This document shows positions 8,500-17,825 of a stretch of DNA of 32,000 bases, one piece after another. Location of the stretch: positions 1 through 32,000 of the forward strand of contig DAOVER010000011.1 in NCBI GenBank assembly GCA_030668875.1. The letters are read 5' to 3'. Source of the stretch: Candidatus Heimdallarchaeota archaeon. GTDB lineage: Archaea; Asgardarchaeota; Heimdallarchaeia; Heimdallarchaeales; Heimdallarchaeaceae. Position numbers and translations under genes: made by a program. Below the pieces are notes generated by a model. That model made no database searches, was not told the DNA's origin, and saw only the letters and a list, made by a program, of their open reading frames with translations. Within the stretch, counting starts at the first letter, position 1; every line of letters starts with the position of its first letter.

Positions 8500-9309
8500 C
8501 TAATTTTTGCTTAACTTATTAAACAATTTTACTTTGTCATTTTTACTAATCAAAATAGTTTCTTCTAAAAATTCTATAAGTAACTCTTTCTCTGATTTAG
8601 ATAAAACTGTTTTTTTCATATTTTGTAAAAGGAAACTGATTTCCATAGCTTGTTCAGGAAAATGTTCAAAGAAATAGATGATTGTAGTATACGTTAGAAA
8701 ATGTTTTAGTAGATCCATAATGTGTTTAATCTCGTTTTCAGTTTCTTCTGAAATAGGTTTGAGAATAGAGTAGAATTCATTAAATATAAAACTTAGAAAA
8801 CTGTAAAACTCACTTCCATAAGGAAATCTTTTCTCTGACATAGATTGTGCAAAATAAAGCAATGAATTCACGTAGAATTCAATCTTTAAGGTAATTAACA
8901 TCTGATCATCAAACCTTGGAGAATATTGAGGTAGATTTTTTGTGAATTTACCCATAAAATTTGTAACTTCCTCTAAATCAGTTTGAGAGTAGAGATTTAA
9001 GTTGTCTTCAGTGAAATTTGGAAAGAGAAAATAAGGTATTCGGGATAAGGAAAAGAGTATATTTCTGTCATCAGTTTTTCGATTATCAGACATATTCTTA
9101 GCAGTTATTGATAAAACTAGTAATCTCTCAACAGGATCCTTTAATTTTGAAATGATTGTTCTCTGGTTACTTGAACTCGGTGATTCAAGAATATATTCCT
9201 CAAATACACCATCTTCAATCTGACTTTCTATCTCTGCACTTAGTAAGCTAGTAAATTTATGAATTGGTTCGAATGTTTGAACTCTTTCATCTGGATTATA
9301 TCTTCTCAT
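8500..9309 (-). CDS. Hypothetical protein (269 aa, helical)
   Basis: Long ORF with typical composition. Starts 10 nt after the upstream gene's stop, with GAGGT/AGGT SD-like sequence, so probably co-transcribed. No recognisable motif. Confidence 0.75.
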   Translation of the reverse strand: MRRYNPDERVQTFEPIHKFTSLLSAEIESQIEDGVFEEYILESPSSSNQRTIISKLKDPVERLLVLSITAKNMSDNRKTDDRNILFSLSRIPYFLFPNFTEDNLNLYSQTDLEEVTNFMGKFTKNLPQYSPRFDDQMLITLKIEFYVNSLLYFAQSMSEKRFPYGSEFYSFLSFIFNEFYSILKPISEETENEIKHIMDLLKHFLTYTTIIYFFEHFPEQAMEISFLLQNMKKTVLSKSEKELLIEFLEETILISKNDKVKLFNKLSKN

Positions 9310-9318
9310 TTACTTAAC

Positions 9319-10632
9319 CTACCTCATTTGCTTAATGAGCTCAAGAAATTGTCCTATCATCTCTGAATAATTAAGTTCCCCTCTATCTATCATCCAGTGA
9401 TAAATAGCATCAATTTCATTGATTGAAGTCTTGAAATCTTGCCCATGACCCATCACTGAAATCTTAAACGATAACTCAAAGAATTGTGCCATTTTTGCTC
9501 TTACTGGATCATCATATCTCTCAAAAATATCTTTGATGCGAGTAATTTCTTCTGTTAAATCCAAACTATCGAGAATTGCACTATCTTTCATACTTGTACC
9601 CCCAACCATTCCTAAAATGCCCAAGGTTTTTGCTGAATGGAGTTGAAGTAATGCAGGTAAATATATGAAAAATGTAACAGCTTCTTCATATTCCAGATTT
9701 TGTGAGAGAAAGAATTTTCTTGCTTTATCAAAAGAACTAAAAGATTTTTTTGTTTCTCCAGTTGATTGATAAAGACCAGCTAATAATCTTCTGACTTTTG
9801 CTGTTAATTCTTTGTTTTCCACACTGGAAGCAGTTGACAACAATCTTTCTCCTTTTTCAATTGCTTCAGAAATAGTTATTTTTTCTGATCTTAATTGTAG
9901 CTCGATTCTGTGAGCATTAAACATTAGAGGGTGAATATCTTCAGGCTGATATCTATTTAGATATTCATCGATAAGTCTAATAGTCTCTTCAGGTTCCTCA
10001 ACAAATTGTGATAATATTATTTTTTTCTCAAAAGCTGATCTTTCAAAAGGAGTAGATTCAAAGAATTTGTAAGCTTCCTCTATGTTTGAATAGGCTTCTA
10101 AGACCTTCCCTTCCTCAGCATCTATTTGAGCTTCTAGTACTTGTAATTCATAATAATAGGGATCATTTCCTATTTTCTTTGCCTTTTCACGTAGAAAATG
10201 AACCGTTTCTCGAGCATCTGATAACTTATGATATACTAACTGAAGATGGGCTTTTGTTTGCCAATATCGGAAGAATATTTCTGGACTTGATTCCATAACT
10301 ACATCTTGATCAAGCTTATCTAGACACTTTTCTCCTTCTATATAGTCACCATAAGCAAAATAAGCTGTTGCAAGTTCAAGTGTTATCTTATAGTATTCTT
10401 CTATGAGCAATCGCTCTTTGGTCTGTTCTGATAATTCTAAAAGAAGGTCGATTGCTTGATTTTTTAAACCTAAAATAGTGAAGCATCTAGCAATTTTAAT
10501 CTCTACACTCCGTAACTCTTCCTCCTTCCCAGCAAGATAAAAAATGTCTCTAGCTTTGAGATACCAATGAAAGGCTTTTTTGAAATTAAATTGAGTGTAA
10601 TATTCATCACCTTTATCTCTTTCAGAGCTCAT
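9319..10632 (-). CDS. TPR-like helical-repeat protein
   Basis: 437 aa. Repeats such as GDEYY...NFKKAFHWYLKARDIF, LATAYFAYGDYIEGEKCL and LAGLYQSTGETKKSFSSFDKARKFF fit a TPR consensus. Confidence 0.75.
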   Translation of the reverse strand: MSSERDKGDEYYTQFNFKKAFHWYLKARDIFYLAGKEEELRSVEIKIARCFTILGLKNQAIDLLLELSEQTKERLLIEEYYKITLELATAYFAYGDYIEGEKCLDKLDQDVVMESSPEIFFRYWQTKAHLQLVYHKLSDARETVHFLREKAKKIGNDPYYYELQVLEAQIDAEEGKVLEAYSNIEEAYKFFESTPFERSAFEKKIILSQFVEEPEETIRLIDEYLNRYQPEDIHPLMFNAHRIELQLRSEKITISEAIEKGERLLSTASSVENKELTAKVRRLLAGLYQSTGETKKSFSSFDKARKFFLSQNLEYEEAVTFFIYLPALLQLHSAKTLGILGMVGGTSMKDSAILDSLDLTEEITRIKDIFERYDDPVRAKMAQFFELSFKISVMGHGQDFKTSINEIDAIYHWMIDRGELNYSEMIGQFLELIKQMR

Positions 10633-10789
10633 TATTTCGCTTCCATTTATCTTATATAGATTCTTCTATTTAAACCCTTAAAAAGCTGTTTTTTTGTTCA
10701 AAATCAAAAATGTTCTGTTGATAGTAAATGAAATATCACTAGCGGCTATCAACTTGATTTTTGTACATTTTTGCATTCATAATTTCTTA

Positions 10790-10803
10790 ATTTTGTACAA
10801 AAT
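10790..10803. promoter_or_regulatory. Perfect 14-bp palindrome ATTTTGTACAAAAT, candidate transcription-factor operator
   Basis: Read directly from the sequence. It lies about 17 nt upstream of the TATA-like AATATAAA (10820-10827) of the nucleotidyltransferase gene. A partial copy, TTTTGTACA, is at 10759-10767. Confidence 0.45.
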
Positions 10804-10848
10804 AGCTTTCATGAAATAAAATATAAACTTAGAAAATAAATTCAAACA

Positions 10849-11673
10849 ATGAACGACTTTTCCCAATATCTGCTTCAAGCAAGAAAAGATGTTGAAAGTT
10901 GCATAGAAATATGGACAAATATTTTCGAAGAAAACTATAGTGATAAAATTGAATTTATGTATTCTAAAGGGTCAGCAACAAAAGAATGGGAAAGTCTAAT
11001 AGATTATGTTCCTATCATTAGTGATGTTGATATTCACATTAAAATCCATGAGGATACTACTATTTTCGAGAATTTAACTGATGCTTTTATCAGCTCAATA
11101 GGAATCTCACAGACCTATGAGGACATATTTGTTGAGAAGAACCCTGATCGTCTTCATATACCACGAACGCAGATAGTAAATATAAGTGACATAGAAAATT
11201 CAGAATCGTTTATTTTCCCAAAACCAGAAGATGTTAGAGTTTTAATAGGAAAATACCCTAAATTCGAGGATAAGCCCACAGATTTTATTAGAAGAATTGA
11301 TCGATTCAATTTAATAGAACAAGAAGATTTTCTTGCAACACTTCCTAAAACTGTCATTGATCGAACTGGTCTCGATCTCTGGAATTTGATTAGAAGGATG
11401 GTCTGGAGAGTATCTCCTACTCCAATAAGGCTACTCAGTCAAACACACGAAGAACCTTTAGACATCTGGAAATTAAATAGAACTTCCTTAGTGAAATTAT
11501 TAGAAGAAAAAGGATATGAGCAAATTGCTGAGAATTATCAAGATTATTATTATGAAGGTTGGATAGTTTTTCTAGAAGGTTTTAGTAGTTCCGATAACAT
11601 GCGCAGAATAATTTCTTTGGGTTTCGAAATCATAAAAGATTGTGTAGATGAAGTGAAAAAAATAGGAATTTAA
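10849..11673 (+). CDS. DNA polymerase beta superfamily nucleotidyltransferase (AadA/KNTase-like architecture), substrate unknown
   Basis: YSKGSA...ISDVDIHI gives the hG[GS]...DxD signature, followed by a helical C-terminal domain. Confidence 0.7.
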   Translation: MNDFSQYLLQARKDVESCIEIWTNIFEENYSDKIEFMYSKGSATKEWESLIDYVPIISDVDIHIKIHEDTTIFENLTDAFISSIGISQTYEDIFVEKNPDRLHIPRTQIVNISDIENSESFIFPKPEDVRVLIGKYPKFEDKPTDFIRRIDRFNLIEQEDFLATLPKTVIDRTGLDLWNLIRRMVWRVSPTPIRLLSQTHEEPLDIWKLNRTSLVKLLEEKGYEQIAENYQDYYYEGWIVFLEGFSSSDNMRRIISLGFEIIKDCVDEVKKIGI

Positions 11674-12194
11674 ACAATGTCGAACTGAATGAATTCAATC
11701 ATTTTTGCTAGATTATTGAATTCTTCTCTACCTATGATTCTTTGGTGTTTTGTTTGGTCATATCCAAAAATACTCTTCGCATCACGAAAATTGTTGAACC
11801 AATACTCTAGATGTTGTATTTTTACCGCTTCATCTTGGATAAGAGTTGCTTTTACATTAAATTTTCTAAAACCTTTTTGAATTTTGAACATGTGATTCTC
11901 GGTTGCTAAAATATTTTTTAACCAATCAGCTTCCATTCCTCTAGGGCTATAGAGAGTGAGTTTACCCGTGTATAATCGTCTACAAAGAACAGGTTTAATT
12001 CCTTTCTTACCTGTTTTTCTTCCAATGGTTTGTATTAAAATCATTATTCTTCCTAATCCAAAAAGAGGGAGTAAATATGTCCTATACAAGAAAATAAAAA
12101 CGCGATTTAGTCTCCTTTCAAATTTAGTAAAACCAGATTTTCTTTCTTGATGTCTATAAACAATAGATCCTTCTGCAGGAAGTGTATTAACCAT
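11670..12194 (-). CDS. Deazaflavin (F420H2)-dependent nitroreductase/quinone reductase family (DDN, split beta-barrel)
   Basis: ILIQTIGRKTGK...PV matches the LLLTTxGRKSG...TPL motif and ADWLKNILA matches the W..N motif. The 3' end overlaps the convergent gene by 4 nt. Confidence 0.8.
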   Translation of the reverse strand: MVNTLPAEGSIVYRHQERKSGFTKFERRLNRVFIFLYRTYLLPLFGLGRIMILIQTIGRKTGKKGIKPVLCRRLYTGKLTLYSPRGMEADWLKNILATENHMFKIQKGFRKFNVKATLIQDEAVKIQHLEYWFNNFRDAKSIFGYDQTKHQRIIGREEFNNLAKMIEFIQFDIV

Positions 12195-12246
12195 TAAGAA
12201 CTTCCAATTTTGCTGTTACTTATATTTTGTGAAGTTGGTAGTGAAA

Positions 12247-13149
12247 TTAGAATCTATGTACTTGAGCTTTAAGTCCTAATTCATCTACACGCTTTTTCAT
12301 TTCTTCATCAGTTAACTGTCTATTTAATCCAGAGTAAGCCGTTACAGCTGCTTCAAGAACATTGGTCCCAAATGATCTACCTTGAACTCTTGGAGTTGTT
12401 GTGATTACAGCTGCTACACCTCTATCTTTCAAACTGTCGATATCCTCAGCTGTTGTTGTATTTGTCAAGATTATCTTGTTATCCAAGTTATCTGGTGCAT
12501 ATTTTTTCGTGTATAAATAATCTCCAGCTATCACTGTAGCTCTCTCATAGAATTTTTTATATTTGGGTTTTCTTATATCTTGGCTTGAACCAGTCGGATA
12601 AATCCATCGCATAGGAAAACGTCTGACAAATGGTAAAACGATACTAGCAAGCAAAGGAACTTTATCTAATCCTTTTACTGCAATAGGTAAACCTAATCCG
12701 AACATGAAATCACCACAGGTAATTTCTAGTCCGACATCAGCTAATGAACAAGCCATTTCCCATCTATCTACTGCAGTAGACATGAAAGCGGTTTTTGGTT
12801 CATCTTCAAAAATGTCTTTTATCTGGTCATAAGATTCTTGCATTGAGATTCTTTCGATGGTTTTCTTGATACCAGTTCCATCAACAATGGGTGTTTTTTT
12901 GATACCTGAGATTAATCTATCAGCTTGTTTTACTCTATATACTTTATCACCTGTATGAAAAGCAAACATGAAACCACCTGCACCAAAACAATCAACTGTT
13001 CCATCTAATTCTTCAAATCGCTTCTTACACAGTTTTACATCACCATCAACACCCTCTCTACTCATCTCGATTTTTTCATTACCTAATTGTAGAATACCTT
13101 TGTGATCTCTTGAACTACTACCAAGAGATATTGAAATCACTTTCTTCAT
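12247..13149 (-). CDS. Uncharacterised conserved protein of the family often auto-annotated 'quinate 5-dehydrogenase' (paralog 1)
   Basis: Motifs KVISISLGSSSRD, DGTVDCFGAGG, PIVDGTGIKKTIE, AVDRW, IYPTG, IAGD, KIILTNTT and TPRVQGRSFGTNVLEA are shared with 26897-27823. ORF track start is GTG 13158; ATG 13149 is also possible. Confidence 0.75.
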   Translation of the reverse strand: MKKVISISLGSSSRDHKGILQLGNEKIEMSREGVDGDVKLCKKRFEELDGTVDCFGAGGFMFAFHTGDKVYRVKQADRLISGIKKTPIVDGTGIKKTIERISMQESYDQIKDIFEDEPKTAFMSTAVDRWEMACSLADVGLEITCGDFMFGLGLPIAVKGLDKVPLLASIVLPFVRRFPMRWIYPTGSSQDIRKPKYKKFYERATVIAGDYLYTKKYAPDNLDNKIILTNTTTAEDIDSLKDRGVAAVITTTPRVQGRSFGTNVLEAAVTAYSGLNRQLTDEEMKKRVDELGLKAQVHRF

Positions 13150-13256
13150 GATAACCACAAATTACAATTTAATTTTTGAATCAAGTAAAAAGGTTGTTAC
13201 TTGCTTATATAATATCAGCTGAGAACTAAGAAAATTAGATGAAATGGGGTCAATTG

Positions 13257-13907
13257 TCACTTAAATCTACTTATCAATTCTTTCGGATGTGTTTCAAAAA
13301 GTTGTTCAAAGTATTCTTCTGGAATACCTGCTCCTCTCGCAGTTTCTTTAGCTTTTTTCATTGTGAGGAAATCTCTCGGAGCATGAAAATCTGAATTTAC
13401 TATCAACTTAGCACCAGCTTCTAAAGTAAACCGAGCAACTCTCCCATTGCCTAAATCATGTCCTCCTCTTGTAGTTATTTCCAGAAAAACATCATTCTTT
13501 TTTGCAGCTTCAGCTTCCTCGAAGGATAGGTTTCCAGGATGAGCTAAAATATCTACATCTGGACATGAAACGGCTGCTAAATTGGTTCCTTCAGCTACTG
13601 GTTCAACAATAGTTTCTCCATGAACAACAACTAAACAGTTCCTTTCTTTAGCTTTCTTTGCTAAAATAGGTATTCTGTAAGGCGGAACATGTGTTATTTC
13701 AACTCCTGGAATGAAGATTATTTCATCTCGAAAATCTTCTTGTAAATTTATTAAGCTATTGAGAATAAAATCGATATTAGAAGAATCAACATGATCTGTT
13801 ATTGCCATAGCATAGAAACCGTTTACAATAAACCTACGAATCTGTTCTGCTGGGGGAAGAACACCATCAGATAAGAAAGTGTGTGTATGAAAATCAGTTA
13901 GTTTCAT
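13257..13907 (-). CDS. PHP-domain phosphoesterase (histidinol-phosphatase-like family)
   Basis: All PHP metal motifs are present: DFHTHTFLSDG, AITDH, GVEITH, ILAHPG, NSDFH. ATG 13907 is preferred over TTG 13916. Confidence 0.9.
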   Translation of the reverse strand: MKLTDFHTHTFLSDGVLPPAEQIRRFIVNGFYAMAITDHVDSSNIDFILNSLINLQEDFRDEIIFIPGVEITHVPPYRIPILAKKAKERNCLVVVHGETIVEPVAEGTNLAAVSCPDVDILAHPGNLSFEEAEAAKKNDVFLEITTRGGHDLGNGRVARFTLEAGAKLIVNSDFHAPRDFLTMKKAKETARGAGIPEEYFEQLFETHPKELISRFK

Positions 13908-14007
13908 GTGAAACAAGAAGTGTAAAGGTTTAAGAAATTTATGCTAATTGAAAATAGTTCTTACTAAAAAGGCATAATTTGTTTGGTTTGAAAAAAGTAG
14001 GTGGAGT

Positions 14008-15792
14008 TTAGCTAAGTAGCTCCTCCAATTTATCTATTTGACTTGTAAGATAATTTATGCCCTTTTTCCAGAAGGTTGGATCATTCAAGTCAACTCCAAT
14101 TTCAGAAAGCATCTGTTCAGGTGTTAAAGAAGTTCCAACAGAAAGTAGTTTGACAAATTTTGGTTTGAACTCATCTTTCTCTTCTAGATACATTTGGTAT
14201 AGTGCAATAACAAGCAAGTTTGCCATATTATATGCATAAACATAGAATGGAACATGGATGAAGTGCGATACTACAAAACAATAAATTTCATAATCTTCCT
14301 TAATATTGCTTACAGAATTACCAAACATTTTTTCCATTTCTTCTACATAGATTTCTTTGTAATCTTGTGTAGAAGGTAGTTTTGTTTTCGTTAATTCATG
14401 TACTCTTCTCTCAAATTGGTAGAAAGCATTCTGTCTATGAGAAGTAGAGAAGTTACCTTCAATATGATTACATAACAAAGCTATCCTTTCATCTTTAGAT
14501 AGATCTTGCTCCATCAGATAATCAAAAGCTAAAATTTCATTGAAAACTGAAGCTATTTCAGCCACAGCAAGAGATGAACCAATATTAGTGAAAGTTTGAT
14601 TTTGTTGTATATGATAGTGATGTAGAGCATGTCCAAGTTCATGAGCAAGAGTAAGTACAGATTCAATATCTCCTGTGAAATTGACGAAAACAAAAGGATA
14701 CTGTGTTTGTCTTCCATAACTACAGAAAGCTCCACCTGTCTTTCCTTTTCTTGGAGTTACATCAATATGTTTGAGATCGTACAGTTTCTGAATAATCTCT
14801 TTGAATTCAGGCAAAAATCTTTCATTTACTACCTTAACTAATTCTATAGCTTCCTCGTAAGTATACTTTTTACCAATTTCTCCTACAGGAGCATAGATAT
14901 CAGACATTCTTAATTCGTCTAAGCCTATTACTTTCTTTTTCAAATTATAGTATCGTTCAACTATTGAATTGCTATCTGAAGTTACATCTCCTAAGGTTTC
15001 AACTATTTTATCACTTATCTCATTATCAAAATTCCTTCTTGAGATTGATTTTTCATAGTTCTTTCTCTTTGTTTCAAGATCCCAATCTTTCAGAACATTA
15101 TTGTAAATATGAGTGAAAATTAGTTCATTTTCTTTGAATTTTGAAACAAAGGTTTGTAGAGCTCTATATCTCACATCTTTGTCCTTATGATACATGAAAG
15201 CAAAGAGTTCAGAACCAGTCATTTCTTTCTTTTCTCCATCTACTTCGAATTCATACATGAAACCGCTTTCTATTTCATCGTAAAGTTTTGTAAAACCACC
15301 ACTTCCTGTTAGATCTTTCATCATAATGATTTGCTCTTCTTTTTCAGAAAGCTGATGATCTTTCTTTAATCTATTAAATTCTAAAGCGTGACGAAAATTA
15401 GATAATTCTGTTGAGTTTAAGAATTCTTGATATTTCTCTTCGGAAATTAGATTAAGTTCAAGTTCAAAAAAGATAACCGTTTCTCTTATTTTAACAGAGA
15501 ACTCTTCTACTTTTGCTTTTAATTCTTTTACTTCATCATCTAATGAAGTAGTTGAGTAGATTAATCCTGCGAATAGGCTTAGATAGAACATTCTCTCAAA
15601 TATTTCTTCTAATGCTATATACCATTCTTTCAATTGTTCTGGTTTAAGGGATGCATCTACTAGATTACCCTTTGCTTCAGAATTAAACTTTCTAGCAAGT
15701 TTTTCGATATTCTTCATATCTTCTTCGATTTTTGGGTCATCTATTCCTTTGTATAAGTTTGATAGATCCCATTCTAAAATTTGCTTAGACAT
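14008..15792 (-). CDS. pepF: Oligoendopeptidase F (peptidase M3B)
   Basis: 594 aa. WDLSNLY start, GKTGGAFC, zinc motif TLAHELGHALH, AEIASVFNE, HFIHVPFYVYAY. Confidence 0.95.
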   Translation of the reverse strand: MSKQILEWDLSNLYKGIDDPKIEEDMKNIEKLARKFNSEAKGNLVDASLKPEQLKEWYIALEEIFERMFYLSLFAGLIYSTTSLDDEVKELKAKVEEFSVKIRETVIFFELELNLISEEKYQEFLNSTELSNFRHALEFNRLKKDHQLSEKEEQIIMMKDLTGSGGFTKLYDEIESGFMYEFEVDGEKKEMTGSELFAFMYHKDKDVRYRALQTFVSKFKENELIFTHIYNNVLKDWDLETKRKNYEKSISRRNFDNEISDKIVETLGDVTSDSNSIVERYYNLKKKVIGLDELRMSDIYAPVGEIGKKYTYEEAIELVKVVNERFLPEFKEIIQKLYDLKHIDVTPRKGKTGGAFCSYGRQTQYPFVFVNFTGDIESVLTLAHELGHALHHYHIQQNQTFTNIGSSLAVAEIASVFNEILAFDYLMEQDLSKDERIALLCNHIEGNFSTSHRQNAFYQFERRVHELTKTKLPSTQDYKEIYVEEMEKMFGNSVSNIKEDYEIYCFVVSHFIHVPFYVYAYNMANLLVIALYQMYLEEKDEFKPKFVKLLSVGTSLTPEQMLSEIGVDLNDPTFWKKGINYLTSQIDKLEELLS

Positions 15793-15989
15793 AAATCTAC
15801 AGAGAATAGTTGGATTTAAGAATTTTATGAGATAGTAGTGAAAAAAGTATCCATTAGATTGGAATGAATTAATAATATGTTATTAGGGGTTTAGAAAGGT
15901 TAAGAGATATAATTGTCCGTTTCTATTTTAATGCTTGAAATGCCCTAACAAGTCTTAAATACGTCTTTTAGTTAAAAGTAATTTGTAAC

Positions 15990-17825
15990 ATGGAAAGTAC
16001 AGTCACTAAAAACAGTTTCAAATTGTTACCCTTTCTAATACTAGTTATTATTAACACATCAATTATAACGACTGCATGTCTAGGTGAATCAATACCACTT
16101 GGTCCAGGTAATTTAGCATTCAGTATTGATATATTAGCTCTTAACCAACAAGAGCATGCAGGAATCCACAAAATATCTGAAGTATTAGCAGAAAATCTAC
16201 CGAAGATTGGAATAGGAATAAATATTATTGAATTAACTACTAAGGATAGAATTGCAGAAAGAACATGGAGCTATCCAATTGGATTTGAACATGGTTATTT
16301 ACCACCGTATAGTGAAGGTGGTTTTGATGTTGTTTTGAGGGAAATTAAGTGGAATCTTGATTATACTTATGAAGGACATTTTGACAGCGGTAGTATTCCA
16401 CCTAATGGATTAAATTACTATCAATATATTAACCCCAAGTATGATGATGATCTCAACTCCTTTCTAAACGAAAGTGACCCAACAACTAGAACTGCATATT
16501 TTCTTGCACTTGACCGTCTATTATATGACGAATTGCCATCAATTGCCATTTGCTATCCTCGAACTGTTTATAGTCTCAAAGATTCTGTATCTGGTTTTGA
16601 GTTGGAATTACTTAACACAAATCAACATCGATTAGAGAATTGGGAAAACTCTGATGGTTATACTTTGAACTATGGTTTTAGGGAGAAATTATCAGGAACC
16701 AGTATATTTAATGAGAATTCTATTGGTGATTCTTTTTGGACACAAGCAGTCTATGGTTCTTTATATACAAGAACTAAACATTATGAAGATTGGATACCAA
16801 TGATTGCAAATAATACAATTGTTAGTGCTAAAAACAATGGGAAAATGAATATAACAGTAGGTATGGATCGGTTGGCGAAATTTAGTGATGGTAGTCAAGT
16901 TCTATCTGAGGATGTGAAATATAGCTATGAATTACTGTTGAATACTTCACATAGTTCTAGTCAACAATTTAATTATGCAAAATGTTTCCAATTGATAGAG
17001 TCTATTTCTATTATAGATAATTATACGCTTCAATTTAATCTGAACAAAATATATTTTTCACCATGTAAGATTCTTAGTTTAGGGATATTAGATAAATCAA
17101 GAGTTGAACCCTTAGTCGATACTTTTGGTTATGAAATATTCGAGGAACTACCTGGAACCTTTGATGTACAATATGATCTGGTAACTTCTTGTGGTCCTTA
17201 TAAGCTTGATTTATTAGATTTAGATCAGAATTTATTTAATTTATCTCCTAATCCATACTGGAATAATTTATCATTCTCTAATGGAATACAACCTCATCTT
17301 TTGTCACTTAATAGTTCTTATATTTCGAGCGATCAAGAAGGTATTGAAAAACTAGAATTAGGTGTTATAGATTTTATAGAATTGAAAGACTACATCATTC
17401 CTGACTTAAAAACAGGTTATACAAATGAATTATCTATTGATCGTGTAACTATTGAATTAGGTCTCAATATGATGCATCCTGTTTTTGGTACTGGAGAGCT
17501 TACACCTGTTGGGACAGGTGAATCTGCAATAAATATTCGAAAAGGTATAAGCCATGCAATTCCTCGAGATGATATAATAACGGATATTCTATTGGGTTTA
17601 GGTGTACCAGGAGTTGCTCCTTATTCGATGTATCGATGGGATGAAATTATGCCATATGCATATGATCTTGATTTAGCTCGATCTTATCTGGAAATGGCTA
17701 GTTATGGACCACTTTGTATAATACCAGAAGAAATAGGGTCAAATTACATGTTACTTATAATGATTTTTGGATTAGTCACAACAGTAATTATTTGCAAAAG
17801 AAAGAAAAATAATGAGAAAAGATGA
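15990..17825 (+). CDS. Family-5 (OppA/DppA/NikA-like) extracellular solute-binding protein, circularly permuted, C-terminally membrane-anchored
   Basis: Signal peptide; AKFSDGSQVLSEDVKYSY, IESISIIDNYTLQFNL, SCGPYKL, PNPYWN, IRKGISHAIPRDDI, YDLDLARSYL and ELPSIAICY are family-5 motifs; C-terminal TM plus KRKK. Confidence 0.85.
   Translation: MESTVTKNSFKLLPFLILVIINTSIITTACLGESIPLGPGNLAFSIDILALNQQEHAGIHKISEVLAENLPKIGIGINIIELTTKDRIAERTWSYPIGFEHGYLPPYSEGGFDVVLREIKWNLDYTYEGHFDSGSIPPNGLNYYQYINPKYDDDLNSFLNESDPTTRTAYFLALDRLLYDELPSIAICYPRTVYSLKDSVSGFELELLNTNQHRLENWENSDGYTLNYGFREKLSGTSIFNENSIGDSFWTQAVYGSLYTRTKHYEDWIPMIANNTIVSAKNNGKMNITVGMDRLAKFSDGSQVLSEDVKYSYELLLNTSHSSSQQFNYAKCFQLIESISIIDNYTLQFNLNKIYFSPCKILSLGILDKSRVEPLVDTFGYEIFEELPGTFDVQYDLVTSCGPYKLDLLDLDQNLFNLSPNPYWNNLSFSNGIQPHLLSLNSSYISSDQEGIEKLELGVIDFIELKDYIIPDLKTGYTNELSIDRVTIELGLNMMHPVFGTGELTPVGTGESAINIRKGISHAIPRDDIITDILLGLGVPGVAPYSMYRWDEIMPYAYDLDLARSYLEMASYGPLCIIPEEIGSNYMLLIMIFGLVTTVIICKRKKNNEKR

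Noticed and set aside
10849-11673. Nucleotidyltransferase as part of a CBASS, MNT-HEPN or other defence system
   Set aside because: No adjacent effector, HEPN RxxxxH protein, Cap-like or toxin gene; the neighbours are a DDN reductase and a divergent TPR-like gene.
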